Of a DNA stretch of 64,000 nt, positions 21,008 through 31,348 are shown one piece after another. The position numbers were made by a program, and so were the translations under genes. Source of the DNA: Promethearchaeota archaeon (GTDB lineage: Archaea > Asgardarchaeota > Lokiarchaeia > Sigyniarchaeales > SOKP01); NCBI GenBank assembly GCA_011364925.1, contig RDOA01000001.1, positions 29,997-93,996 of the forward strand, written 5' to 3'. A model generated the notes under the pieces. The model saw only the letters and a program-made list of their open reading frames with translations. It searched no databases and was not told where the DNA came from. Position 1 is the stretch's first letter; each line of letters starts with the position of its first letter.

Positions 21008-23530
21008 TTGAAATTAGTAGGAACTATAATGAGCGACCTAAAGCAGAAAACAGAAATTAATAAGGAACCACCAAAGTACCCTATCGCTGAACCTCACCAT
21101 TTATCCAAAAGATCTAAATGGTTAAGAGATTATTATTTTAAAGGAGTTGAACGCGAGTGGAATAACGAATACATGTCATTCACCACTGGCACTGATTGGG
21201 ATTTAATTTGGACCGAATCTGATTATTATGTCACCCCTGAAGTTCACTTCTACATCGGTAATAAAGGTAAAGGCGTCTTTGAAGGGTGTTTGAGGTCTAT
21301 TGCAATTCCAGTAACTTTACCTGAGGGTTTCTGGGATTTATCGCTACCAGAACGGCGGGTTAAATTCTTTGAAACCGTTATGTTGGATTACGTGCCACAC
21401 GAGATTATTTCAGAACACGACTTAATCGCTGGAGGTCGATTTAATACTCAACTAAGCCACTGTTTAACTAAAGAAGAAACTAAGAAATTTTGGAAGAGAA
21501 ATCTAAAAAACAGAAAAACTTTTTACGCATATCATAAAAAAGGATTTGGAAACTGTGGTGCTACTGGAGGTCATTTAATAGTTTCGCATGAAACCATAAT
21601 CAACAAAGGATTTAAACATATTAATGAAAAAATAAAAACCAGATACTCTCAATTATCACAAAAAGAACGGAAAGGACCTAAAGGTCAAGAATTAAAAGCT
21701 ATGTTGGAAGCATCAGAACTTCCACGAAGATTTGCGAAAAAATACGCTGACGAATGTCGAAGGCTTAAGGCTATGGCGTTGACACCTGAAAGAGCAGAAG
21801 AATTAGAACAGATGGCTAAAAATCTTGAGAAGGTTCCATGGGAACCCGCTGAAACTTTTTGGCAAGGACTTCAAGCGATCTGGATAACTCACATGCTTAT
21901 AATGGCAGAAGAGTCTTATCCCGGTCCTGGTACGTCGTTTGGTCGCACGGATCAACACCTCTGGAATTTATACAAAAAAGACGTTATTGACGAAAAGAAT
22001 ATCTCAAAAGAGTTCGCTAAGGATCTCTTAGGTAGTTTCTGGTTCCATTGCAACACTGCTTACGATGCACAAATAATGGTTGGAAAACAGGGTATTACTT
22101 CAGCGTTCGGTCAGTTAATGACTCTTAGTGGTTGTGGACCTAATGGAGAGGATCTCACAAATGAGTTAACATATACGATTTTAGAAGTCATTGACGAATG
22201 GTCTCCAATATTAGAACCAAAACCAAATGTGCGGCTCCATAGAAATTCACCCGATAAACTTTTAGATGCTATTATTGATATGATTTCGCGCTCTCAGGGA
22301 GCACCATTTCTTATTAATTTCGACGAGAGGAGCATTGCTGGAATGATTGAGGAAGGAATACCTCTTGAAGACGCTTGGGATTATGCATGCGTTGGATGCT
22401 TAGAAAACACGATGCAAGGGAACGATCGATCAGGAACTGTTAATTGTAATCCAAATTTAACAAAGAGCGTTGAGTTAACTCTCTGGAATGGCAAAAACAT
22501 GCCTGGGAACGATGTCGTTACTAAAAAAGATGAACAAGTTGGACCAAAAACAGGTGATACTGAGCAATTTCTTACGTGGGAAGAATTTTGGAATGCATGG
22601 AAGAAACAAATTGAATTTCTAATTAAATACACAGTAGAAATATATAATTTAACAGAAGCTCTTAGAGCAGAATACTTACCTACTCCGTACTTATCAACTT
22701 TAGTTCATGGGTGTATTGAAAGAGGGTTAGATATTAGAGCTGGCGGTCCTGAGTTAAGATTTATAACTGTTGAGGGTGTTGGATTCGCAACTACTGTGGA
22801 CTCCTTACTAGCGATAAAGAAGCTGGTATACGAAGACAAAAAGTATAAGATTTCTCAAATTAAAGATGCATTGATTAACAATTTCGAGGGAGAAAAATAC
22901 GCTTTAATGCAAACCTTTCTAAAAAATAGAGCTCCTAAATATGGAAACGATTCAGACGAAGCTGACGATTTAGCTCGAAAAGTTATGAAAGTGTGGGCAG
23001 ATGAAACGTGGAAATATAAAACACCAACAGATTTTCAATTTCGACCTGGAATGCTCTCATGGAACTATTGGGCGGGAGCAGACGCGGGTTTGACGATTGC
23101 TACTCCTAATGGTCGAAATATGGGCACATTTCTATCGAACGCAATTTGTCCCACAAGCGGAGCTGATCTTAAAGGTCCAACTGCAGTTACCAATTCAGTA
23201 GGTATCGCCTTAGGGGGAAAAACAGAAGACGGCGAATATATTAATTATCTACCTAACGGTGCAAGCCACACTATTACATTTAATCCCGCTATTATCAAAA
23301 ATACTGAACACAAAGAAAAGTTCAAATCTTATCTAAGAGGATATATTGAAAACGGAGGAACCTGCTTACAAGTTAACATGCTCGATGTCAACATGTTAAG
23401 GGACGCCCAATTACATCCAGAAAACTACACTAATCTTTTGGTTCGAATTACAGGTTATAACGCTTACTTCAATGCAATTGGAAAGGAATTACAAGACGAA
23501 ATAATCGCTCGTGAATCGCATTCAATGTAG
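21008..23530 (+). CDS. Glycyl radical enzyme (PFL2/eliminase-like), substrate unknown
   Basis: Cys loop YACVGCLE, Gly loop VRITGYNAYF, GRTDQ, PKYGND. The start may be the ATG about 7 codons in (MSDLK). Confidence 0.9.
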   Translation: MKLVGTIMSDLKQKTEINKEPPKYPIAEPHHLSKRSKWLRDYYFKGVEREWNNEYMSFTTGTDWDLIWTESDYYVTPEVHFYIGNKGKGVFEGCLRSIAIPVTLPEGFWDLSLPERRVKFFETVMLDYVPHEIISEHDLIAGGRFNTQLSHCLTKEETKKFWKRNLKNRKTFYAYHKKGFGNCGATGGHLIVSHETIINKGFKHINEKIKTRYSQLSQKERKGPKGQELKAMLEASELPRRFAKKYADECRRLKAMALTPERAEELEQMAKNLEKVPWEPAETFWQGLQAIWITHMLIMAEESYPGPGTSFGRTDQHLWNLYKKDVIDEKNISKEFAKDLLGSFWFHCNTAYDAQIMVGKQGITSAFGQLMTLSGCGPNGEDLTNELTYTILEVIDEWSPILEPKPNVRLHRNSPDKLLDAIIDMISRSQGAPFLINFDERSIAGMIEEGIPLEDAWDYACVGCLENTMQGNDRSGTVNCNPNLTKSVELTLWNGKNMPGNDVVTKKDEQVGPKTGDTEQFLTWEEFWNAWKKQIEFLIKYTVEIYNLTEALRAEYLPTPYLSTLVHGCIERGLDIRAGGPELRFITVEGVGFATTVDSLLAIKKLVYEDKKYKISQIKDALINNFEGEKYALMQTFLKNRAPKYGNDSDEADDLARKVMKVWADETWKYKTPTDFQFRPGMLSWNYWAGADAGLTIATPNGRNMGTFLSNAICPTSGADLKGPTAVTNSVGIALGGKTEDGEYINYLPNGASHTITFNPAIIKNTEHKEKFKSYLRGYIENGGTCLQVNMLDVNMLRDAQLHPENYTNLLVRITGYNAYFNAIGKELQDEIIARESHSM

Positions 23531-23601
23531 GAACATTTAGAAGGACGCAACTATTACTTTTTAAATCTTTTATATTTTAATTTTATCTAACTTTTTCACA
23601 T

Positions 23602-23613
23602 TGCAATATAATT
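23602..23613 (+). promoter_or_regulatory. Candidate operator TGCAATATAATT upstream of the FabK/NMO gene
   Basis: Identical 12-mer lies upstream of thiolase 1 in the same gene-relative orientation (27080-27091). Confidence 0.35.
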
Positions 23614-23665
23614 TATTAATTCTGTTTAATTTATGTCAATAATTAAATTTCATTAAACCTAAAAT

Positions 23666-24727
23666 GTGAACAATATGGTATTAGAAACCAATATAACAAA
23701 AATGTTTGGAATTAAACACCCAATTGTCGCAGCGCCAATGGGCCCCTTTTATACAACCAAATTGACAATTGCTGTTTCTGAAGCGGGAGGTTTAGGAGTA
23801 CTGAGCCATTCGGCTTTAGTAAGCGATTATCTAAGCGGAAGAAGTGCCATTCAAATTATGAAAGATAATATGATGGAAGTTATTGAGCACACAGACAAGC
23901 CATTTGGATTCAACATAAGAACATCGAGAAGAGAAGCTGATGCGTTAGAATTGGTGAAAGAGATCCCTAAATTCATCATGTCTAATCAGAGATTAAAAGA
24001 ACAGTGCATTTATGCTATTACTAGTGCAGGATCTTCAAAAATGTTACCTGAATCTCAAGACTATAAAAAATTAAAAGAGAGTGGATCGCAAATAAAGCAC
24101 TTCCATGTTGCTCCCGCTTTATGGCTAGCAGATAAATGCGTAGCATCGAACGTAGATGGGGTTGTTGTCACCGGCAACGAAGGTGGAGGGCATCAATCCT
24201 ATGAAAAAGTAAGTACGTTAGTGGTGCTTCAACAAATTTTGAACAAACATCCTGATCTTCCGGTAATTGCATGTGGTGGCTTTGCTACTGGAGAGGGTCT
24301 CGCTGCAGCGCTATCTATGGGTGCGGGCGCTATTGCGATGGGTTCCCGTTTTATTGCATCAGAAGAAAGCGAATTTTCAATTGAATATAAATCAGTTCCT
24401 CCCAAAGCTAAAGCTCAAGACACTATTTTAGTAACTGGTGCACTTGGACCTATAAGATTATGGCAGAATGAGTATTCGCTACATCATGGTCTCGTTGCAG
24501 ATAAGGATGCAAAGATAGCTCAAGAAACAGCTATGACCCAGGAAGATATTATCGCTGAAGGAAGAGCTTACGAAGCAGCGTATAAAGGGGACACAAATTC
24601 TGGTGCTGTCTTACTCGGTCAAAGTATTGGCATAATTGAAAGCCTGAAAAAAGTTAAAGATATAATCGAAGATATCGTATCTGGTGCCGAGAAACGATTA
24701 AAAAAAGCAGCAGGCTATATTAGTTAA
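23666..24727 (+). CDS. FabK / nitronate monooxygenase-family flavoprotein (probable enoyl-thioester reductase)
   Basis: T..FGIKHPIVAAPM, AVSEAGGLGVL, KPFGFNI, GNEGGGH, GGFATG, MGSRFIASEE, GQSIG. Confidence 0.85.
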   Translation: MNNMVLETNITKMFGIKHPIVAAPMGPFYTTKLTIAVSEAGGLGVLSHSALVSDYLSGRSAIQIMKDNMMEVIEHTDKPFGFNIRTSRREADALELVKEIPKFIMSNQRLKEQCIYAITSAGSSKMLPESQDYKKLKESGSQIKHFHVAPALWLADKCVASNVDGVVVTGNEGGGHQSYEKVSTLVVLQQILNKHPDLPVIACGGFATGEGLAAALSMGAGAIAMGSRFIASEESEFSIEYKSVPPKAKAQDTILVTGALGPIRLWQNEYSLHHGLVADKDAKIAQETAMTQEDIIAEGRAYEAAYKGDTNSGAVLLGQSIGIIESLKKVKDIIEDIVSGAEKRLKKAAGYIS

Positions 24728-24827
24728 AAAATTAAGAATGAATTTTTTTTATTCCTTTAAATTTACTTTTTTCTTTTATCTCTATTGGAATTTCATTCCT
24801 AATTCATTTTAGGTAGTTTATTGTAAA

Positions 24828-25709
24828 TTAAATGAATCCGCTTCTCTTTAAACCTTCTACAAGCCATTTCATCTGCTGTTCTAAAATTCCAATATATCCC
24901 AATTTAATGATTTTTGAATTAGGAATGAATTTTTCGTGAAATTTAAGAGCTAAATAATTGAACGAAGGATTTTCTTTATACCACTTTATTATTGAATTTT
25001 TAGTATTGAAATGTAACTCTTCCATATTATCTATAATGTTTACACAATCCTCGCCCGTCCAAACACCATAATGAGCCAACGAAATTGAATTAAGTTTATT
25101 TTTCATGTTCCTCAACCTTTGAAAAGTCCCTAATAATGCGTCTTCGTGGAAATCCGGAGGCATATAGGTTGGTTGGAAATAATGTATGCTCGATTTATCG
25201 ATAATTGCATCACCAGTGAATATGTTTTTGTTTTTACTGTCAAACAAAGCGATAGAATCCATAGTATGCCCAAAAAAATTTAAAACCTCTAATTTTAAGC
25301 CGTTTAAATCGATCACATCATGGTCTTTCAAAGGAGTAACATCTTCTATAGGTTCTGTTTCAGCTTCAAATACAGCATTAATATTGCTTGGATTTTTCAG
25401 ATTCTTGATTGCGTTCTCTGACGCCAAAACTTCAATGTTAGTGTCATTCATTAATTTCTGTAATAAATTAACCCCATCAACATGATCAAAGTGAGAATGT
25501 GTAAGCAAAATTTTATTTATGGGATATATTTTAAACTTTTTCAACTTATCAATAATTTTGGGTATTGACGTTTTTTCAGAAGCATCTATCATCATTCTTT
25601 CACCCTCATTTTCGATTATGTAAATTGATAGGGTTCCTTTTCCACCAAATAAATATCCATCGATCATCCAGGTATTATCGTTAACTTTACCTTCTTTATT
25701 AATATACAT
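24828..25709 (-). CDS. Metallo-beta-lactamase-fold hydrolase
   Basis: THSHFDHVDG, GHT, TGDA, AHYG. Confidence 0.88.
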   Translation of the reverse strand: MYINKEGKVNDNTWMIDGYLFGGKGTLSIYIIENEGERMMIDASEKTSIPKIIDKLKKFKIYPINKILLTHSHFDHVDGVNLLQKLMNDTNIEVLASENAIKNLKNPSNINAVFEAETEPIEDVTPLKDHDVIDLNGLKLEVLNFFGHTMDSIALFDSKNKNIFTGDAIIDKSSIHYFQPTYMPPDFHEDALLGTFQRLRNMKNKLNSISLAHYGVWTGEDCVNIIDNMEELHFNTKNSIIKWYKENPSFNYLALKFHEKFIPNSKIIKLGYIGILEQQMKWLVEGLKRSGFI

Positions 25710-25773
25710 CTTTACGCAGCTATTTTCAGAAATTATATCAATTAATTAATTAAAAAAAAAGTATTAAACAACT

Positions 25774-27054
25774 TCAGACATTTATATTTTCAATTACAGT
25801 TGCAACTCCTTGTCCGCCACCTACACAGGCATTTGCGACACCATATTTTGCATTCTTTTCCTTTAAAATACGAGCTAAAGTACCTGTGAGTCTCACCATC
25901 GTTGAGCCTAAAGGATGTCCTATTGCAGTAGACCCTCCTTTAATGTTAACTTTCTCCTCAGGAATGTTAAGCTTATCCATACAATTTAATGCAACGATAC
26001 AGAAAGCTTCGTTTATTTCCCAGAAATCAATCTCATCAGCTGTTAATCCTACAATCTTCAAGGCTTTTTGAGTAGCTGGTACTGGACCTCTTCCCATTAC
26101 AGTAGGATCGACCCCCGCCCATCCAATTGATAGGATCTTTGCCATAGGTTCAATCCCTCGCTTTTTGGCCTCTTCCGCTTCCATGATTACTGCTGCAGTA
26201 GCTCCTGCGTTTAAAGGCGACGAATTTCCCGCAGTTATTACTCCTTCTTCTGTTCCCTCTCGTTTCATATACCCTTCTTTACCACCATTTTTCTCTAAAT
26301 AAAAAGGAATCGATATTCGACGCAACTGGGAAACGGCTTCTAAAGTTGACTTCCTTGCATTCATGTCTCTATCAATCATCATCTTCTCATCGACATTCCC
26401 TTCAACGTGACCTTCAATGGGTATGATTTCTCCCTTGAAATACCCCTCCTCTTGACTCTTAATAGTCAAATTGTGGCTTCTCACCCCGAATTTATCTAAA
26501 TCTTCTTTTGTAAATCTAGGGACTTCTTCTTCGTATAGTTTCTGAGCAGTCTGTAGCATATTAAATGTAGTTTGTAAGTCCAATTCGGGCCGATAAAACT
26601 TACTTTCCTTGTTTTCAGTGGAATAATTACGATCTATACCAATCCCGCGAACGCGAGTCATGTGTTCAAACCCGGTGGCTAACATACACTTACTGTTACC
26701 GGTCATGATCTCCATAATTCCTACGTGCATCCCTGAGCCTGCTGAGCCGCATTGTCGATCAATGAAGAACGATGGAACTTTGTAAGGAAATCCCGCTAGG
26801 AATAAAGGACCGCGACCCCCGTAAGTCCAATTCTCTAACACTCCTGCCGCAACACCGATTGATACTTCCTCCATATCCTTTTTCTCAATTCCTTTATCAG
26901 CTAAACTCCCATCAAAAAATTTCATTAATAGTTCAGCAAGAAGTTCGTCACCCCGAATTTCACCAAACACGTCACGTTCAGGTTGGGTAGGCCTTGAACG
27001 GGAAAAAGCCGTTCGAGCATAATCAATTAACCATACTTCTTTCACACTAATCAC
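25774..27054 (-). CDS. Acetyl-CoA C-acyltransferase (thiolase), copy 1
   Basis: DRQCGS, EINEAF, GHPLGST, ACVGGGQG. Confidence 0.93.
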   Translation of the reverse strand: MISVKEVWLIDYARTAFSRSRPTQPERDVFGEIRGDELLAELLMKFFDGSLADKGIEKKDMEEVSIGVAAGVLENWTYGGRGPLFLAGFPYKVPSFFIDRQCGSAGSGMHVGIMEIMTGNSKCMLATGFEHMTRVRGIGIDRNYSTENKESKFYRPELDLQTTFNMLQTAQKLYEEEVPRFTKEDLDKFGVRSHNLTIKSQEEGYFKGEIIPIEGHVEGNVDEKMMIDRDMNARKSTLEAVSQLRRISIPFYLEKNGGKEGYMKREGTEEGVITAGNSSPLNAGATAAVIMEAEEAKKRGIEPMAKILSIGWAGVDPTVMGRGPVPATQKALKIVGLTADEIDFWEINEAFCIVALNCMDKLNIPEEKVNIKGGSTAIGHPLGSTMVRLTGTLARILKEKNAKYGVANACVGGGQGVATVIENINV

Positions 27055-27079
27055 ACTTATAATTTTGAGTTTTATTAGT

Positions 27080-27091
27080 AATTATATTGCA
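27080..27091 (-). promoter_or_regulatory. Candidate operator TGCAATATAATT upstream of thiolase 1
   Basis: Identical to 23602-23613 and related to TGCAATAAATAGAC at 42780 and 57371. Confidence 0.35.
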
Positions 27092-27149
27092 TCATTTTAA
27101 AAACTTAGAATAAAGAATAAAAAAATTATATTTTGATTATTTAATATTT

Positions 27150-29456
27150 CTATAGAATTCTCTTTTTTCTCATCAGATTGACGGCAATTCCGATTAAAGT
27201 TATTAATGAAGCAGATAGCATAAATCCAATTGAAAATCCTGGAATTCCTGGCACTGGAGCAGTAGGACTATACTTCACTGAATCAAAACGCAGTATCCAA
27301 TTCCAATTCCAAGCAGTGACCCAATCCTTACTTATCGCACGTCCGGTTAAATCATTTCCTAAATAGAGCATGGGATATTGATAATTCTGAGCCCAATCTG
27401 CTAATTCACTATAATATTGTTGGCGTCCAGTATCGTTTTGGAACCATAGTTTTGCTATCAGACTATCACATGTAGCGTTGTAATTAAAACCCATATTCGA
27501 TCCCGCTTTATATGGGAATGCATAAGGATAGGAATTGTAATCAGCTATGTATCTAGAATAGCCTATAAATGGAAAGGTACCAGCGGTCGGAATTCGCTCA
27601 ATAATGCCAGTGCTTTGATAATATGCTTGAATGTATCCAAGATCATTAATATCGCTGTGATAAGGTTTAAGCGCAAAACCATCGCAGGATAATAAAGGAA
27701 GTGTACCAGCCAATATTGCAGGATAGGTACCGCCTTGCGGCGTGTCGTCAGTAGCATCTATATCACACCCAATATCAGCAAGAGAGGATATCAATACAGA
27801 ATAAGATTCAAGATGGGCACCATCGTAATGATCTTCAAATGTGTAGATAGGATTGCTAACTGCTACAGCATTCCAGTCATCTGTTGTGCTAGTTAATCCA
27901 CGAGCTGCACAAATTGGACCCCAGAATGGATCATCCAGAAGCGTCTGTCGCGCTATAGTAAGATCTCTAGTTGGCAAGTTTACAGCTGGGTTATAATATT
28001 CGTGAGTCCCTGCTAATAATCCCCCAGAACGTACTACCCGACCTCCATATAATGCGATATATGCATCGTAATCAAACGCGTATGAAAGCGCTTTCCTAAA
28101 AGCACGATCAACTCCATTTGTAGGTTTTAAAGTTCCATCTGCTTCTTTAATATTAGAGGAGGATAAAATTGGGTATGTATATGGTGACCCTACGGGTTGG
28201 GACAAATTAAAACTTACATCATACCAATAACGTAAATATGTCTCATTAACGCAATTTAAAACCATAACTTCACCGTAATTTTCTTGCCCCATGTCTATAT
28301 ATTCCAAGTTAGGAGCAGCAGCTACATCACTATAACCTAAAGGTTCCCAGGAGTGATCATATGCAAAGTCAATATCCCCTGTCACTATCGCTGTTGTCCT
28401 TGCAGCATATCCTGCTGTTGAGTGACTAAAAGTGACTACTGATACACTTGGAACTTTATGCCATCCTTTAGCCTGTTGAGCTGAAGCGTTCCACCAATTG
28501 TCAAATCTTGTCATTGTACCTGTATCTATAGAAAATCCATCGAACATATAGGGTCCCGTACCGATTAAATGTCCAGGGAAAGTTAAAGGATCATCTTGTG
28601 GAAAACCTGGAACATCTCCATATCCCATTATTGGCACGTCAAAATAGTCCTTATAAGTATCCATGGAGATAAATCTCACCCACGCATTCGATAAATATTG
28701 TGGACCGGTGCCCCAATCATTAAAGAAGACTCTAACTGTTCCTCCTGATTGCTTACCATCCAATATGGTTACATTTGTAAATCGAGGGAAACGATTAATA
28801 CCATACGGTTGATCCGCTACACTGGAATATCCGAATCCAGGGTATTCATTAAGATAAGTAGTTCCTCCAAGAAAGGGCCCCCGATAATTTGTTACATCCC
28901 AGGATGCAGTTCTATAAGGATACCAATCAGCTACGCTCAACCAATAAATCGGTCTATTACCGGACACAGCGGAATCAATTGTTGCTGGACTACCCAGACA
29001 ATAATTGATACTTCCCAAGGTGTACATGAGCCTATCAAGATTCCATTTGCACACTGTGGCGTTCCAATCACTCCCATCGTGAAATAGAACGTTTTCTCTG
29101 AGAGTGATATCCATATAATCAACTCCACCGTAATTCATAAAACCTGCAGCGTTCATTTCATCTGGTCGAGAATGTATTGTCCAGTTGGTTGCAAGTACTG
29201 GTACTAAATTACTATAATCTCCGGAATCCGCACTATATGGTAAATCAAATAATCCTTCAAGAGCATTATACCTGAAATAATCACCAGTAGTAGCTCCAAA
29301 ACTTATACCATCCCAATTACCTATGGGGGCAGGTCCGCAAGCTCCTACAGTAAAAGTGGGTATCGTATTTTGCGCTTTGACACCGATGGGTATAAGCGGA
29401 AATAACATGGACATAACAAATAGAGAAAAAATTAAACTTATCGACAATTTTCTCAT
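27150..29456 (-). CDS. ABC transporter substrate-binding protein (family 5, DppA-like) with Loki-CTERM-type tail, copy 1
   Basis: Signal peptide, LVPVLATNW, LRENVLFHDGSDWNA, IGTGPY, FRKALSYAFDY; tail IPGF + hydrophobic helix + RKKR. Confidence 0.88.
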   Translation of the reverse strand: MRKLSISLIFSLFVMSMLFPLIPIGVKAQNTIPTFTVGACGPAPIGNWDGISFGATTGDYFRYNALEGLFDLPYSADSGDYSNLVPVLATNWTIHSRPDEMNAAGFMNYGGVDYMDITLRENVLFHDGSDWNATVCKWNLDRLMYTLGSINYCLGSPATIDSAVSGNRPIYWLSVADWYPYRTASWDVTNYRGPFLGGTTYLNEYPGFGYSSVADQPYGINRFPRFTNVTILDGKQSGGTVRVFFNDWGTGPQYLSNAWVRFISMDTYKDYFDVPIMGYGDVPGFPQDDPLTFPGHLIGTGPYMFDGFSIDTGTMTRFDNWWNASAQQAKGWHKVPSVSVVTFSHSTAGYAARTTAIVTGDIDFAYDHSWEPLGYSDVAAAPNLEYIDMGQENYGEVMVLNCVNETYLRYWYDVSFNLSQPVGSPYTYPILSSSNIKEADGTLKPTNGVDRAFRKALSYAFDYDAYIALYGGRVVRSGGLLAGTHEYYNPAVNLPTRDLTIARQTLLDDPFWGPICAARGLTSTTDDWNAVAVSNPIYTFEDHYDGAHLESYSVLISSLADIGCDIDATDDTPQGGTYPAILAGTLPLLSCDGFALKPYHSDINDLGYIQAYYQSTGIIERIPTAGTFPFIGYSRYIADYNSYPYAFPYKAGSNMGFNYNATCDSLIAKLWFQNDTGRQQYYSELADWAQNYQYPMLYLGNDLTGRAISKDWVTAWNWNWILRFDSVKYSPTAPVPGIPGFSIGFMLSASLITLIGIAVNLMRKKRIL

Positions 29457-29683
29457 TTTAACGATTCGCCTTATTTTTCTTTAAATTAATTTTAATTTTT
29501 TAGTAAAATTTTTGTATTAAATTAATTTACGATGTAAATTTATTTAAAGCTTGTGTAATTATATATTTAAACATTTGTGAACCTTATAACTAATGGTAAC
29601 AAAATTGTGGAATTTAGAAGGACTATACGGAAATTTGAATCGTTTAAGTTAAATTTATTATTAAAAAATCTCAATTTACGATA

Positions 29684-30223
29684 ATGTTGCAAGAAGAGGA
29701 AAATCACTCTAGAGTTGAGACTAACGAGAAAAAAGGCCATCTAAAAATAGATTTTGGGCGCCAAGGAGGTCTTGTGTTAGCGTATATTATAGTCTTGTTG
29801 GGATATTATGGTATTGTCGTCAATATCGTTATGGTTAAGGATTGGATATCTCTTACAACACAAACCTGGATATCTTTTACTGAATTGGATAGAACGATAT
29901 TATTTTGGACGTATGAGGCGTATGTAGACACATTCTTTTTACCGTTCATATTATTATTTGTTACTTGTTTTTTATTAACATATAAAGAGGAAATTCCGCA
30001 CTATGGAATAAAAGCGTCAATCTGGCTTGTTCCTTTTATAATTATTGAAGCCTTTATTTTTTATACAATCATGTTTGGTTTTAGCTTAGAGCCGATTATC
30101 TTACAATTTGGTAATTGGCAGGGATATATACATATAATCATACTATTTGCAACTACACTTTCTGGTGCCATATGTGGTATGAAAGTCAAACAATTAATTG
30201 AATCAAAAAGAAAAATTCAATAA
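29684..30223 (+). CDS. Conserved ~4-TM membrane protein leading the dpp-like operon, copy 1
   Basis: Hydrophobic segments; GRQGG, LGYYGI, RTIL.WTY, LTYKE.IPHYGI.ASIWL shared with the paralog at 55179-55715. Confidence 0.8.
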   Translation: MLQEEENHSRVETNEKKGHLKIDFGRQGGLVLAYIIVLLGYYGIVVNIVMVKDWISLTTQTWISFTELDRTILFWTYEAYVDTFFLPFILLFVTCFLLTYKEEIPHYGIKASIWLVPFIIIEAFIFYTIMFGFSLEPIILQFGNWQGYIHIIILFATTLSGAICGMKVKQLIESKRKIQ

Positions 30224-30265
30224 AAATTTTTAAAGCATCATATTATTTGAAAAAGGAGAAAGAAG

Positions 30266-31336
30266 ATGGCTAAACAACCAAAAAACATGATAAAATACAT
30301 CATTAAACGGATATTAATGATGATTCCGATGTTGTTTCTTGTTTTAACCGTTAGCTGGCTTATATCGAAAGTGATGGTTGAACTAAATTTAGTTAGCCCG
30401 GTTGCCGGTAGATTGGGTGATACACTCGATCCTGATATTATTGATGCAGAATTAAGGAGAATTGGATATTACGATCCTTGGTATATTCAACTTGCTGTAT
30501 ATTTTAAGAATTTCTTCACCGGAAACTGGGGTACTTCTTATTTAATCATCCGGGATAAACCGGTAATAGATTTTATTTCGGAAATATTTCCAAGAACAAT
30601 AGAGTTAATGATAATCCCAATAATATTAAGTCCTATTATCGCTGTTAAACTTGGGATATCATCTGCTACCCATAAAGATAAGATAAAAGATGTAGGTGTT
30701 AGAACTATTGCTATTTTAGGGGCAGGATTCCCGATCTTTTGGATTGCTGACATGCTCCAACGCATTTTTGGTTTTTACTTAAGTAACTTTACATACTCAA
30801 GCTTCGATATCCCCGCTTTTTTCGCAAATTCACCTGGATTAAAAAATCCTCCAATATCTATAACGGGATTTCGGCTTATTGATAGTATATTAGGCAATAA
30901 CCAAGTTTATTTATGGGACACAATTGTCCATTTGATCCTTCCCGCTATATGTATAACTTTTGTTTCATTGGCGAGTATGACAAGGCAAACGCGATCCAGT
31001 ATGTTGGATGTTTTAAATCAAGATTATATTAGAACCGCTCGAGCTAAAGGTGTTTTAGAACACGATGTCATAAATAATCACGCTATTCGTAACGCTTTGT
31101 TGCCTGTTAGTAATCTTATCGTAGGGGGTACAGCAACAGCGTTATTAGGTTCTTTTTTTATCGAAGTAACTTTTAATTATAAAGGTTATGGTTATTACAT
31201 GGTTAGTTCTATATTAACAGGAGATTACCTCGTTACCCTTGGGCTCTTAGTTTTTGCTACAATAATAATCCTATCAGGGACATTAATCGCAGATGTTTTA
31301 TATACTATAATTGACCCTAGAATTGTTTATAGATAA
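30266..31336 (+). CDS. dppB: Peptide/nickel-type ABC permease DppB, copy 1
   Basis: YIIKRIL, GNWGTS, FPRTIEL, RSSMLDVLNQDYIRTARAKG, DPRI. Confidence 0.92.
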   Translation: MAKQPKNMIKYIIKRILMMIPMLFLVLTVSWLISKVMVELNLVSPVAGRLGDTLDPDIIDAELRRIGYYDPWYIQLAVYFKNFFTGNWGTSYLIIRDKPVIDFISEIFPRTIELMIIPIILSPIIAVKLGISSATHKDKIKDVGVRTIAILGAGFPIFWIADMLQRIFGFYLSNFTYSSFDIPAFFANSPGLKNPPISITGFRLIDSILGNNQVYLWDTIVHLILPAICITFVSLASMTRQTRSSMLDVLNQDYIRTARAKGVLEHDVINNHAIRNALLPVSNLIVGGTATALLGSFFIEVTFNYKGYGYYMVSSILTGDYLVTLGLLVFATIIILSGTLIADVLYTIIDPRIVYR

Positions 31337-31348
31337 GAAGGTGTTAAA

